A stretch of 64,000 bases of DNA, taken from NCBI GenBank assembly GCA_965116885.1, contig OZ220741.1:5493750-5557749 (forward strand), read 5' to 3'. The DNA comes from Candidatus Latescibacterota bacterium. GTDB lineage: Bacteria; Latescibacterota; UBA2968. The translations under genes and the position numbers were made by a program. Shown piece after piece: positions 39,558-50,303 of this stretch. Numbering within the stretch: position 1 is the stretch's first letter; each line of letters starts with the position of its first letter. The notes beneath the pieces are model-generated. The model was not told the DNA's origin, made no database searches, and saw only the letters and a program-made list of their open reading frames with translations.

Positions 39558-40796
39558 ATGCGAGTCGAAATCAACAAACACGCCTTAGACCGCGTGCCGA
39601 TCTCGATAATTTTTGATGACTCGACTGTACTGGTAAATCTAAACTATTTTTTTATGCGAGACCGCCAGGCTGTAGATGGAACGGATTATCGCTGGGAAGA
39701 TGTACCCGTAGTACATCCGGAATCGTTCACCCGCGAATTTGCCGAATTCTGCCTGGAACACGACGTAAAGGGCAAATTCAGTGTGGTCCCCTGCCCCGCT
39801 GCGATTGGGCGAGTAGATCACGGACTCCCCCTGTTCTCCAAAGCGCAGCAAGAAAGCTGGTTGGCGATGTGCAGGGAACTGATTATGCCCAATTACGACA
39901 TCACCCCGGAAATGATCACACACACCTTCGTGGTAGATCTGGAAACATTGCAACCTGTTGATCCAAACTTGTGGGAACAATGGGGATGGAACAATTTGCC
40001 AACCGACGAAGAAGAGCGGGTAACAAATTATATCGCGCTGGCGTGTGAGATCTTGCACAATGTGGGCCTGACACCTGCAGGCGTCACAAGCCCGGGAGGA
40101 TTTGGCAATCCAATAGACTTTTATGCAAAATGTGCGGAAAACGCCGTGCGAAGGATAACGGGCAATCCAACACCCTATCTATTCAAGCGCGTATCGTCCA
40201 GCGGTCCGGTAGATTGCCCGGTGTGGTATCCCAAACCCGAACGCGGCGAAGCAATGGGTGAAGTAATCGCAGCAACGGGTGATCGCACGGGATCGTGGAC
40301 CGGATATGGCGAGGTAGATGTAGATTATTACATCACATCGGATCTTCAAGGTGGGCGTTTGCCCGAAGTCATCGACGCAGGCGACCCTGCCGTGATGATC
40401 AGCCACTGGCAGGGATTTTACGGGATTCACAATGAGGACCGCCGCGGATTTCGGGCATTTCAGACCATTGTGCGGCGGCTCAAAGAACGCGACCCCAATG
40501 GCGAGAAATCGCAGTGGCGCAAATGCAGTGAAATTACCAATTATGCAATCGCGCGCGAAATGGCTGATATAAAGGTAGAAAATCAAATAATAACACTCGA
40601 TTTGCCCGTACAGGTGCCCGAATTCACATTGCGATTGCGCGATATAACAGTTACAGGCATAAAAATAAACGACAAAACTCTGACACCCGCGCTGACGAAA
40701 GCTGCCTTTCGAGATGGCACATATTATCGAGATGGCGATATAACACTGATAGCTTTTACACCCGAAGGCCGAAATGTCAAGATTGAAATAGAATAA
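39558..40796 (+). CDS. Hypothetical protein, possible NodB/carbohydrate esterase-like barrel
   Basis: Long ORF after AGGAG RBS; ISIIFDD, KGKFSVVP, EMITH, SPGG, HWQG resemble deacetylase-barrel motifs. Confidence 0.55.
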   Translation: MRVEINKHALDRVPISIIFDDSTVLVNLNYFFMRDRQAVDGTDYRWEDVPVVHPESFTREFAEFCLEHDVKGKFSVVPCPAAIGRVDHGLPLFSKAQQESWLAMCRELIMPNYDITPEMITHTFVVDLETLQPVDPNLWEQWGWNNLPTDEEERVTNYIALACEILHNVGLTPAGVTSPGGFGNPIDFYAKCAENAVRRITGNPTPYLFKRVSSSGPVDCPVWYPKPERGEAMGEVIAATGDRTGSWTGYGEVDVDYYITSDLQGGRLPEVIDAGDPAVMISHWQGFYGIHNEDRRGFRAFQTIVRRLKERDPNGEKSQWRKCSEITNYAIAREMADIKVENQIITLDLPVQVPEFTLRLRDITVTGIKINDKTLTPALTKAAFRDGTYYRDGDITLIAFTPEGRNVKIEIE

Positions 40797-40811
40797 CGGG
40801 AAAACAAAAGA

Positions 40812-42893
40812 ATGACAAACGCAAAACTCAAACGGGAAATCGGCTTACTCGGTGTTTATGCAATCTCAACGGGTGCTACTCTGAGTGCTGGATTCTTTTT
40901 ATTACCAGGTCTGGCTGCTGAACAGGCTGGTGCGGCCATTGTGCTGGCCTATATTATCGCCGCTGTTCCACTGGTACCAGCGATGTTCAGCATTATTGAA
41001 CTGGCAACCGCCATGCCTCGCGCAGGTGGCGTGTATTATTTTTTAGACCGGTCCCTCGGACCGTGGATGGGCACGCTTGGAGGCATTGGCACCTGGCTGG
41101 CACTCGTATTAAAAGTATCGTTCGCACTCGTGGGCCTGGGAGCTTACATCGCGCTCTATGTACCCGAGTTGCCAATAACCCCCGTAGCTGTCGCAATTGC
41201 GGTTGGACTGGGCATACTGAATCTATTGGGCACAGAGAAAAGCGGTGGATTTCAGATCGCACTGGTGCTGGGTTTGTTGATGATTCTGGGGATATTTATC
41301 GGAGGGGGCGTACCCGATATTGAACGCGCGCGATTGCCCGCCATATTCGAGGTAGATACCCACACAATTTTATCCACAGCGGGCCTGGTCTATATCAGTT
41401 ATATCGGCGTGACAAAAGTCGCGAGTTTATCTGAAGAAATAAAACATCCCGAGCGCAATTTGCCTCTGGGCGTCATCTTATCATTGATCACAGCAGTTCT
41501 GGTATATGCTCTCGGCACGGGCGTCATGGTCGGTGTATTGCCGCTCGAACAACTGGTTGGAGATTTGACCCCCGCCGCCTCAGCGGCCAAAGCCGTATTT
41601 GGCGACTGGGGCGCGATTATCATCTCCGTGGCTGCCCTCCTCGCCTTTACGTCGGTCGCCAATGCCGGAATGCTATCGTCTTCTCGCTACCCTCTGGCAA
41701 TGAGCCGCGACCACATGATGCCGGGATTTTTTCAGCATTTGAATGCAAAAGGCGCACCTGTTCAAGGGGTATTGGTGACCATGGGCGTAATTGTTTTAAT
41801 CCTCATCTTTCTCGATCCAACCAGAATTGCCAAATTGGCCAGTGCGTTTCAATTATTGATGTTCGCGCTGTTGTGCCTGGCGGTAATTGTCATGCGCGAA
41901 AGCGGATTGGATTCCTACGACTCGGGATATCATTCGCCGCTATACCCGTGGATGCAGTTATTCGGCATAGTATCTTCGTGTGTATTAATTGTCGAAATGG
42001 GCTGGCTCCCATCCCTGTTTTCTGCTGCACTGATCCTGCTGGGAACGATCTGGTACTTCAAATTTGCCCGGGACAAAGTCACCCGCGATGGTGCGATTTA
42101 TCACATGTTTGAACGCTGGGGACAAAAGCGATACACCGGACTGGATGCCGAACTGCGGGGCATATTAAAAGAAAAGGGATTGCGCGATGAAGACCCCTTT
42201 GAAGAGATCGCCGCACGAAGTCTGGTCATCGATCTGGACCGCCCCGCTGAGTTCGAGGAGGTCGTGCGGCAGGTAGCGGACTGGCTCGCGGGTCGGGTGC
42301 CGCATACCATCGATGAAATCGAGAGACAATTGCTGGACCGCACGCATATTGGCGCGACACCCGTGACGCACGGCGTGGGATTGCCACATCTGAGGATTGA
42401 TGGAATTGAACACTGCGAAATGGTCCTCGTGCGATCACTACCGGGCATTCACATCCAGTTTACAGATTCTCTGACCGGGCACGAGGTAGAAACGCAGCTA
42501 ACCGCGCTCTTTTTCTTATTCAGCCCAGAGCACGACCCGTCACAGCACTTGCGCATTCTGGCACAAATTGCGCGGCGTGCAGACGATGAAAACTTCTTGC
42601 GCGAATGGCACGCCGCCAGCGATGAAGTCGAGTTAAAAGAAGCCCTGTTGCGCGACGAAGCCTTTTTATTATTGACATTGCGCCACAACCATGCGACCAC
42701 AGACCTCATTGGCCGCGCCCTGATCGAGACAGATTTTCCAGAAGGCTGTCTCGTGGCAATGTTGCGGCGTGGCGGACGCATGGTGATTCCCCGCGGCAAT
42801 ACCGTACTGCGAGAAAATGATCGATTGACAATTTTGGGAAATAATAAAGGATTGCGCAAACTCGAAGCGCGATATAGACGAATAGACGAATAG
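40812..42893 (+). CDS. APC amino acid permease fused to PTS EIIA and TrkA_C (RCK_C) domains
   Basis: GATLSAGFFLLPG, ELATAMPRAGG, SEEIKHPERNLP; GVGLPHLR; RRGGRMVIPRGNTVLRENDRL. Confidence 0.88.
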   Translation: MTNAKLKREIGLLGVYAISTGATLSAGFFLLPGLAAEQAGAAIVLAYIIAAVPLVPAMFSIIELATAMPRAGGVYYFLDRSLGPWMGTLGGIGTWLALVLKVSFALVGLGAYIALYVPELPITPVAVAIAVGLGILNLLGTEKSGGFQIALVLGLLMILGIFIGGGVPDIERARLPAIFEVDTHTILSTAGLVYISYIGVTKVASLSEEIKHPERNLPLGVILSLITAVLVYALGTGVMVGVLPLEQLVGDLTPAASAAKAVFGDWGAIIISVAALLAFTSVANAGMLSSSRYPLAMSRDHMMPGFFQHLNAKGAPVQGVLVTMGVIVLILIFLDPTRIAKLASAFQLLMFALLCLAVIVMRESGLDSYDSGYHSPLYPWMQLFGIVSSCVLIVEMGWLPSLFSAALILLGTIWYFKFARDKVTRDGAIYHMFERWGQKRYTGLDAELRGILKEKGLRDEDPFEEIAARSLVIDLDRPAEFEEVVRQVADWLAGRVPHTIDEIERQLLDRTHIGATPVTHGVGLPHLRIDGIEHCEMVLVRSLPGIHIQFTDSLTGHEVETQLTALFFLFSPEHDPSQHLRILAQIARRADDENFLREWHAASDEVELKEALLRDEAFLLLTLRHNHATTDLIGRALIETDFPEGCLVAMLRRGGRMVIPRGNTVLRENDRLTILGNNKGLRKLEARYRRIDE

Positions 42894-42959
42894 ACGAACC
42901 ACGCCCTGCCACCCAAAATCACTACGAGCTTCGATTCGCTGATTCGTTGATTCGCCCGA

Positions 42960-44504
42960 TCACCCGTAGAGGCGACCAACAGTCTCGGGGTGTTTGCGGG
43001 CCTCGCGCATGAGGCGATTGCCCCATGTAGTGGGATATTTTCCCGTGACACATCCCAGACACAGAGTATCTGTTTCACACCCAATGCTGGAACCCAGATC
43101 GGGAACATCGAGGTACCTCAGGCTATCGACATCGAGATCGATAGCCATCTTTTTTAGCGTTTGTGCGCTGGGCAAACCGCGGTATCTCACCGGGACGTGT
43201 TCAGGGGCAAAAAGTTCGTCCAGGGTGGACATATCAATGCCGTAAAAACACGGCGCAACAATGGGCGGACAGGCCACGCGCACATGCACCTCGGTCGCAC
43301 CGCCGATATCGCGCACCTGATGGGCAAGGGTGCGAAGCGTAAGGGAGCGCACAATAGAATCTTCGACGAGAAAAACGCGCTTGCCCGATAAAACAGAAGC
43401 CAATGACGTGTACTTACTCTTGGCACTCTGCGAGCGGGTGGTTTTGGGCTGGATAAAAGTGCGCCCCACATAGCGATTGCGGATCACACCTTCCATGCAG
43501 GGCATATTCAGGTGGTGGGCATAGGCATCGGCTGCTGCTTTGGCTGTATCGGGAACGGGCACAACCACACAAGAATCGTCGATTTTCTGGTTTTCTTTTT
43601 CAGCCAAAATACGACCGGACTCAGCGCGAGAAGTATAAACGCTGAGGCCGTCAATTTCACTGGCAACATTGGAAAAATAAACCCATTCAAAAAAGCAGCG
43701 GGCTGTTTTCTTCGGTTCCGTATAGTGCGCGGTGCGCAAATCGCCATCTTCGACAATCACCATTTCGCCGGGTTCGAGCCATTTTATATCGCTAAAACCG
43801 AGATTGGAAAGCGCAGTTGATTCATTGGCAGCGGCAAAGAGACGGCCTTTCACTCCCCAGCACATGGGATGTAAACCGAGCGGATCGCGCGAGACGAACA
43901 TGCGCCCCGAGGCATCGAGAAATGCAATATTATAAGCACCGTCAAAATCGCGAGAAAGCGAGCGCATCACATCAGCCAAATCGGGTGGATTTTCACCCTT
44001 CAACCGATACGCCAGCGTATGCATGATAATTTCGGTATCGATATTGAGGGTAAAGTGATACCCCTGCTTGGACAACAGGCGTTCGCGCAACAGCGTGTAA
44101 TTGGCCAAATTGCCGTTAAAAGCCAGACTAAACCATTTCCAAATACGCCCGTGCTGTCGCTCAAAGGGCTGTGCGTAGCGCACATCGTCTTCACCACTGG
44201 TGGCATAGCGCGTATGTCCAATCGCAGCTATCCCTGCATATTGGTTGATAATGGACTGGAATTTGCCGGGATGCGACATTCGAAAGGCTTCGGTAACGCC
44301 GCCCAGATCTCTGAAAGTGCGTAAGAGATGATCGCGGTTGGGGTGATAGGAGCAATACCCCGCGGCGAGTTGTCCCCTGTTTTGAAGGTCGAGCAACATA
44401 CTCGGCATAAGTGCTGCAACATTTTCACAATCACCGGCATCGCCGTTTCCCTTGAGCCAGTAGAGGGCTGCCACGCCGCATTCGTGACCAATATCTTCGC
44501 TCAT
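42960..44504 (-). CDS. purF: Amidophosphoribosyltransferase
   Basis: HECG, LQNRGQ, IGHTRYAT, CFFEWVYF, VEDSIVR, CFYGIDM, CLGC. Confidence 0.93.
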   Translation of the reverse strand: MSEDIGHECGVAALYWLKGNGDAGDCENVAALMPSMLLDLQNRGQLAAGYCSYHPNRDHLLRTFRDLGGVTEAFRMSHPGKFQSIINQYAGIAAIGHTRYATSGEDDVRYAQPFERQHGRIWKWFSLAFNGNLANYTLLRERLLSKQGYHFTLNIDTEIIMHTLAYRLKGENPPDLADVMRSLSRDFDGAYNIAFLDASGRMFVSRDPLGLHPMCWGVKGRLFAAANESTALSNLGFSDIKWLEPGEMVIVEDGDLRTAHYTEPKKTARCFFEWVYFSNVASEIDGLSVYTSRAESGRILAEKENQKIDDSCVVVPVPDTAKAAADAYAHHLNMPCMEGVIRNRYVGRTFIQPKTTRSQSAKSKYTSLASVLSGKRVFLVEDSIVRSLTLRTLAHQVRDIGGATEVHVRVACPPIVAPCFYGIDMSTLDELFAPEHVPVRYRGLPSAQTLKKMAIDLDVDSLRYLDVPDLGSSIGCETDTLCLGCVTGKYPTTWGNRLMREARKHPETVGRLYG

Positions 44505-44513
44505 AAAAATCTC

Positions 44514-45623
44514 CTATCCCAATGCCTGATTCTGCATATAATGAATCCCCGCAACGATTTCTTCGCGCGTCACATCATCTCGTGGCACAATTTTCCCAAT
44601 CCTCTCCGGCAATACAAAGCGGATGACACCATCCCGCGCTTTCTTATCGCTCATCATCCGCGCCAACACCTCATCAACCTTCAAATCGGGTACGCCTTTG
44701 GGAATGCCCAGACGGGCAATAAGTGCATTTTGCCGCTCGAACGCATCTTGCGACCACATCCCCTTTTCCACCGCGATATATCCTGCGGCCAACATCCCCA
44801 AACACACCGCCTCGCCGTGTTTGTAATAATCGTAATGCGTCACCACTTCCAGGGCGTGTCCCACCGTATGGCCGTAATTCAAAATTTCGCGCAAGCCCTT
44901 CTCGGTTTCATCGGCAGCCACAACACCCGCCTTGATGCGACACTGTTGGGCAACGAGCCAATTGATCTGATCCGCGGGCAGGCTTAAACTTGCAGCATCT
45001 TCAATGTGATCTTCCAAAAACGCCACCAGACCGGGATCGCGTATAATCCCGTGCTTGATCACCTCTGCCATACCCGCTCGCACTTCGCGTTTGGGCAAAG
45101 TATCGAGTGTAACCGTATCGATCAACACCAACCTCGGCTGGTGAAAAGCGCCGATCATGTTCTTTCCCAAAACGTGATCCACGGCTGTTTTGCCCCCCAC
45201 ACTGGCATCGACCTGTGCTTCCAGCGTCGTGGGCACCTGCACAAAGTCAACCCCCCTCAAATACGTCGCAGCGACAAACCCAGCCATATCGCCGACCACA
45301 CCACCGCCCAATGTCACAACACAGGATTTCCTATCCAATCCCGCCGCGATCAAATCGCCGTAGATCTGCGAGGCCGTCTCGAGCGTCTTGTATTGCTCGC
45401 CATCGGGCACAGTTACCACCATAACCTTCACACCGGCACGCGCGAGACTCTGCTGAACCGCATCGAGATAGAGCGCGGCAACTGTCGGATTGGTCACAAT
45501 CGCCGCTGTTTCTCCCAACCCGCGTTCCGCATACAAATCGCCCAAATCGCGCAAACAATCGCGACCGATTAAAATATCGTAACTTCGATCACCTAAATCA
45601 ACCGTCACCGTTTCCATTGTCAA
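44514..45623 (-). CDS. aroB: 3-dehydroquinate synthase
   Basis: GGGVVGDMAGF, PTTL..QVDASVGGKT, KNMIGAFHQP, LNYGHT, HGEAV. Confidence 0.96.
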   Translation of the reverse strand: MTMETVTVDLGDRSYDILIGRDCLRDLGDLYAERGLGETAAIVTNPTVAALYLDAVQQSLARAGVKVMVVTVPDGEQYKTLETASQIYGDLIAAGLDRKSCVVTLGGGVVGDMAGFVAATYLRGVDFVQVPTTLEAQVDASVGGKTAVDHVLGKNMIGAFHQPRLVLIDTVTLDTLPKREVRAGMAEVIKHGIIRDPGLVAFLEDHIEDAASLSLPADQINWLVAQQCRIKAGVVAADETEKGLREILNYGHTVGHALEVVTHYDYYKHGEAVCLGMLAAGYIAVEKGMWSQDAFERQNALIARLGIPKGVPDLKVDEVLARMMSDKKARDGVIRFVLPERIGKIVPRDDVTREEIVAGIHYMQNQALG

Positions 45624-46168
45624 TCCCGATCCAGAACGCGCTGTAATTCAATCAATGCTGTCTCTGCTGTATCTTCGGGCGTGTGATCATTTGTCGAGGT
45701 TGCAAACGCATCTGCACGCGCATAAAAACGCTCTCGCTCTGCCATCATCACCTCAATTTTGTTTTTCAAGCCCTCATCATCCAGCCCGGCCAGCAAGGGC
45801 CTGTCATCGCGCTTGCGACTGACCCGTTCAAAAATCGTATCGACAGAAGCCCGGAAACAAAGACAAACGCCGGTTTTGCGAATAACTTCCCAATTCCGCT
45901 CCTGCGTAATAGCACCACCACCGAGCGACACGACCACATTGCTCATCTTCGATGCCACGACAACCGCCTGGTGTTCCAACTGGCGAAACGCGGTCTCACC
46001 GTCTTGTTCAAAAATCTCGGGAATCGTTTTCCCAGCAGCATCGACCAGCAATTCATCTGTATCGACAAAGGTCCGCTTCAACCACCCGGCCAAAATGCGC
46101 CCGACTCTGGTTTTCCCAGTAGCCATAAAACCGGTGAGAAATATGGGTTTATCAGGTAGATCAAACAC
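45620..46168 (-). CDS. aroK: Shikimate kinase
   Basis: GFMATGKT, GETAFR, SLGGG, RPLL. Confidence 0.94.
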   Translation of the reverse strand: MFDLPDKPIFLTGFMATGKTRVGRILAGWLKRTFVDTDELLVDAAGKTIPEIFEQDGETAFRQLEHQAVVVASKMSNVVVSLGGGAITQERNWEVIRKTGVCLCFRASVDTIFERVSRKRDDRPLLAGLDDEGLKNKIEVMMAERERFYARADAFATSTNDHTPEDTAETALIELQRVLDRD

Positions 46169-46190
46169 AGCGCTCTTCCACTATACGGTA

Positions 46191-47897
46191 TCACATCTGT
46201 TCTGGCGTTTTCATCCCCAGCAAAGTTAGGCCCGATGCCAGCACCGTCTTAATCGCATAAACCAGAGCAACGCGGGCAGTTGTCAAATCCGCTTGTTCAG
46301 AAATAACCTGATGGGCATTGTAAAACCGATTGGCGACCGTACACAATTCAATCATAAGGGTTGTCACCACAGAGGGTTCGTATTCGTCCGCAGCTTTTTG
46401 AATCTGCCCTGGAAATCGCGCAAGGCACTTGACGACCTCAATGGCTTCTGGCTCATTTAACAACGCGAAATCGATATCCCGCGGCGGCAAAGTGCCGTCA
46501 TAACGCCGCAACACACTGCAATATCGCGCGTGGGTATATTGCAAATAGGGGCCGGTTTCGCCGTTGAAATTTAAAACCTCGTCCCAATCAAACACAATAT
46601 CGCGCGTTCGTTTGGAATCCAGATCCGCAAAAATAATCGCACCAATGCCCACATCTCGTGCAATCTGATCACTATTGGGCAAATCGGGATTCTTATCGGC
46701 AATAATTTTTCGCGTCAACTCAATCGCGCGATTCAGCACATCTTCTAAAAAAACCACATTGCCCCTGCGCGTTGAAGCCCCACTGCCATCTTTGAATCGC
46801 AGTCGCCCAAATTGCACATGCGCGCATTTTTCTCGCCAGTCGTATTCCATCAATTCCAACACCTGAAACAACTGGCGAAAATACAGCGATTGCGCCACAT
46901 CCACCACATAGAGCAACTTTTCAAAGCGATATGTTCCCCATCGGTACTCCAGCGCGGCCAAATCGCGTGTACCGTACAATGTCGCATCGTCGCTTCTCAA
47001 TGCAATCAAAGGCGGCATATCCCATTTTCCCAAATCCACAATAGTCGCGCCATCACTCTCCGTCAGCAACCCCTTTGACCGCAAACGCTCCAATGTCGCC
47101 GGCATCTTATCCTGATAAAAACTCTCTCCGGCAATCGACTCAAACCCAATGCCCAGCATATCGTAAACGCGATCAAACTCCTTAAAACTTACATCCACGC
47201 ACACCTGCCACATCCGCACGGCTTCTTCATCGCCGTCTTCGAGGCGGCGAAACCAATCGCGGGCTTCTTGTTCGAGTTTGGGGTTGTCTTCAATCTCCTC
47301 ATTAATGCGAACATAGAGTTCCAACAACTTCTGAATGGTAATATCCGCCGTCAATTCGCCCTCACCCCAGTAATTCCACGCCAGAATCAATTTCGCAAAC
47401 TGAGACCCCCAATCGCCCAGATGATTCACCCCGACCACTTTGTAGCCCAATGCCCGATAAATATTTCGCAAGGCATTGCCAATCACCGTTGACCGCAGAT
47501 GGTGAATGCCAAATGGTTTGGCAATATTGGGATGCGAAAAATCGATCACAACCGTCTTTCCAACGCCTCGGTCCCCGCGCCCGTAATCCGCACCCTGTTC
47601 GAGAACCACAGAGAGTGTCTCCCCCACCAAATTGGTCCTCGGCACAAAAAAATTGAGATACGGACCTGTGGGACGCACTTCGGAAATTCGCTCACCCGTC
47701 GCAATTTGTGCAGATAGCTCTTCGGCAATAAGATGAGGTGCTTTGCGAAAAATTTTGGCCAGTGCAAAACACGGCAATGCATAATCGCCCATCTCGGGTT
47801 TTGGCGGTGTCTCGATCAGTGCCTTCACATCGCCACAAGACATCTCAGTTGCTTTTGACACCTGCAATGCAATTTCTTCGACAAAAGGATTGACCAT
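46191..47897 (-). CDS. argS: Arginine--tRNA ligase
   Basis: DFSHPNIAKPFGIHHLRST, NHLGDWG, GETGPYLQYTHAR, C-terminal PEQM. Confidence 0.96.
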   Translation of the reverse strand: MVNPFVEEIALQVSKATEMSCGDVKALIETPPKPEMGDYALPCFALAKIFRKAPHLIAEELSAQIATGERISEVRPTGPYLNFFVPRTNLVGETLSVVLEQGADYGRGDRGVGKTVVIDFSHPNIAKPFGIHHLRSTVIGNALRNIYRALGYKVVGVNHLGDWGSQFAKLILAWNYWGEGELTADITIQKLLELYVRINEEIEDNPKLEQEARDWFRRLEDGDEEAVRMWQVCVDVSFKEFDRVYDMLGIGFESIAGESFYQDKMPATLERLRSKGLLTESDGATIVDLGKWDMPPLIALRSDDATLYGTRDLAALEYRWGTYRFEKLLYVVDVAQSLYFRQLFQVLELMEYDWREKCAHVQFGRLRFKDGSGASTRRGNVVFLEDVLNRAIELTRKIIADKNPDLPNSDQIARDVGIGAIIFADLDSKRTRDIVFDWDEVLNFNGETGPYLQYTHARYCSVLRRYDGTLPPRDIDFALLNEPEAIEVVKCLARFPGQIQKAADEYEPSVVTTLMIELCTVANRFYNAHQVISEQADLTTARVALVYAIKTVLASGLTLLGMKTPEQM

Positions 47898-47922
47898 AAA
47901 AGACTACCTCTCCTCCAGTTCC

Positions 47923-48387
47923 CTATTTCAAAATATCCAAATCCAAAATTTTCTGTACATCGGCTTTCACCTGCACGGGCACGCGAAACCGATAGTTTTT
48001 TCGTCGAGAAATGAGTTCCAAATCGCGCTCTGTACGCCACACATATCTCGAAAAACGCTGCCAGGGCATGTATCGCATACCCATCAGCAATCCGCGCTCA
48101 CTCATAGTTACGCGAATAGTAGCATACGCGATATAAAAAAATTCGAGAGAAAGCAAAAAACCGAACAATTGCGGCACAAATCCCACGCCATCTGAGATCG
48201 CAGCTCCTCGAAACAGCACAATGCCCCCCGTCACTATCAAAAACACATCCCATCGCTTCTGCAAAAAAACCACCACAGGCTCTTGCGCATTGGACACATG
48301 ACGCCGCAATCGCCAATAGGCCACAATAGACGCGCCCAATAAAATGGGAGCGAGAATCAACACGATTTGTATGAGCCTCAAAGACAT
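47923..48387 (-). CDS. Membrane protein of unknown function (3 TM plus small soluble C-domain)
   Basis: Hydrophobic segments; co-oriented within the operon; start set at ATG 48387. Confidence 0.65.
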   Translation of the reverse strand: MSLRLIQIVLILAPILLGASIVAYWRLRRHVSNAQEPVVVFLQKRWDVFLIVTGGIVLFRGAAISDGVGFVPQLFGFLLSLEFFYIAYATIRVTMSERGLLMGMRYMPWQRFSRYVWRTERDLELISRRKNYRFRVPVQVKADVQKILDLDILK

Positions 48388-48388
48388 G

Positions 48389-49150
48389 TTACGATTTCGA
48401 AGCCAGATAAATGGTTGCAATCCCAAAGCTCAACCGAACCACCTGTATATCGACAAATCCCGCATCGGACAATCGCCGGCAAAAATCATTACCTTCGGGA
48501 AAAAGCATCACAGATTCATACAAATATCGATAGGCATTCGGATCGCGGGAGATTATGTGTCCAATACGAGGCAAAATACGCTGAAAATAAAAATTGTAAA
48601 GGCCGCGAAACACAGGGGTTCGCGGCCTTGAAAACTCCAGCACAGCCACGCGCCCACCCACCTTGAGCACGCGGCACATCTCGCTCAGGGCCGTTTCCAA
48701 CTCGGCCACATTGCGAATGCCAAATCCGATTGTCACGCCATCAAATGTCCCCTCACCGAAAGGGAGACTCTCCCCATCGCCACACAAAAACGCGACCGGA
48801 TTTGCTCGCGACTCATTTTTTTTGGTACCCTCACGCAACATCGGCACCGAAGGATCGACACCGATCACCTGAATATCGCCAGCGCGCTTGCCGCATTCAA
48901 ACCCCAAATCGCCCGTGCCCGTAGCCAGATCTAAGATGCGCCAGTTCGGCCCGGGCTGCAATCGGTCAATCGTCTTTTTGCGCCACAAAATATCAATGCC
49001 CAGGCTCAACAGATGGTTGAGCAAATCGTACCTGCGGGCAATCCCATCAAACATCTGCCGCACAAAAGCGCGCTTGGCTTCTGGTCTGAGCAACACATCG
49101 CGCGCAATACCCGCAGGGGCTTCAGGGCTATGCCTGTGTTCACATTTCAT
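48389..49150 (-). CDS. ubiE: UbiE/MenG quinone methyltransferase
   Basis: MFDGIARRYDLLN, LDLATGTGD, GFGIRNV, LEFS; exact start uncertain. Confidence 0.9.
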   Translation of the reverse strand: MKCEHRHSPEAPAGIARDVLLRPEAKRAFVRQMFDGIARRYDLLNHLLSLGIDILWRKKTIDRLQPGPNWRILDLATGTGDLGFECGKRAGDIQVIGVDPSVPMLREGTKKNESRANPVAFLCGDGESLPFGEGTFDGVTIGFGIRNVAELETALSEMCRVLKVGGRVAVLEFSRPRTPVFRGLYNFYFQRILPRIGHIISRDPNAYRYLYESVMLFPEGNDFCRRLSDAGFVDIQVVRLSFGIATIYLASKS

Positions 49151-49193
49151 CAACGTCAAAGCTCGCAGTGGTTTTGGGCGGCGAGGACAATTC

Positions 49194-50072
49194 TTAACTC
49201 TTAATTGAATTCCCCACCCGTTTGACAACGACATCTTTCATCACATCAGTCGGTGGCGCAACACCCGTCCAGATCGCAAAAGACCGCGCCCCTTGAAAAA
49301 CCAGCATATCCAGTCCACCAAAAGCCAGCGCACCAACCGATTGAAACGCGCGCATCAACTGCGTTTCCAGCGGATTGAACACCGTATCGTAGAGCACCAA
49401 ATCCGGATGGACAGCGCGCACATCACCAAGAGGCGAGGCATTGACCTCGGGATACATCCCCAGCGAAGTGGTATTCACAACCACGCCCGCATCGGCAAAC
49501 GCCCTGCATTGCGCATCGGCATCCAGTGATCCCACATCCATTTTTGTACCCGTTATTTCTTCCATATCCACCGCCAGATCCTCGGCGCGTTTAACCGTGC
49601 GATTCAAAACCGTCACCCGCTGCACCTCGTCTTGCGTCCCCAGCGCATACGTCACAGCGCGCGCAGCCCCACCTGCGCCGAGCACCACGCAATGCGCGGG
49701 AAATGTCTCAACCCCCGCAATATCGCGCAATGCCCTCAAGACGCCATAGACATCCGTATTGTATCCGACCAACTCATCTTCTTCGCGCGAAATGGTATTG
49801 ACCGCCCCCACAGCCAGCGCGTCTTCTGAAATGCGATCCAGGTGTTCCATCACCGCCAGCTTGTGCGGAATAGTCACATTTAACCCGCGAATATTCAACC
49901 CGCGCAACCCCTTCATCGCCTCGCCCACGCGGTCGGGCAACACGTGAAAAGCCACATAACAATAATCCACATCTAATGCGGCGATTGCGGCATTGTGCAT
50001 ATCGGGAGAAAACGAATGAGCCACCGGGTCGCCAATAACGCCCAGCACCTGACTTGTTGCGCGAATATTCAT
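49194..50072 (-). CDS. aroE: Shikimate dehydrogenase
   Basis: GDPVAHSFSP, NVTIPHK, GAVNT, NTD, GAGGAAR. Confidence 0.95.
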   Translation of the reverse strand: MNIRATSQVLGVIGDPVAHSFSPDMHNAAIAALDVDYCYVAFHVLPDRVGEAMKGLRGLNIRGLNVTIPHKLAVMEHLDRISEDALAVGAVNTISREEDELVGYNTDVYGVLRALRDIAGVETFPAHCVVLGAGGAARAVTYALGTQDEVQRVTVLNRTVKRAEDLAVDMEEITGTKMDVGSLDADAQCRAFADAGVVVNTTSLGMYPEVNASPLGDVRAVHPDLVLYDTVFNPLETQLMRAFQSVGALAFGGLDMLVFQGARSFAIWTGVAPPTDVMKDVVVKRVGNSIKS

Positions 50073-50147
50073 GTCATAAAATCCGCAGATGAACGCAGAT
50101 GAAAGGCGAGACGGGTTGCCTTTAATGTCTCGCTTCTATCTCGCGTC

Positions 50148-50303
50148 TCACCCGCCTTTATTCCCACCCAACAAATCATTCACAAACTCATCAGCGATAT
50201 CAAAACTCTCTCTCCACGAGCAGTTGTATGTATAGCGTATAAATGCCACACCGCCCAGAATCATCAAAATCGCAAAGAGCGCGAGCTTAAAAAGTATCTT
50301 CAT
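50148..50303 (-). CDS. 51-aa small membrane protein
   Basis: GAGG RBS; ATG overlaps the upstream stop; MKILFKLALFAILMILGGVAFIRY... Confidence 0.6.
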   Translation of the reverse strand: MKILFKLALFAILMILGGVAFIRYTYNCSWRESFDIADEFVNDLLGGNKGG

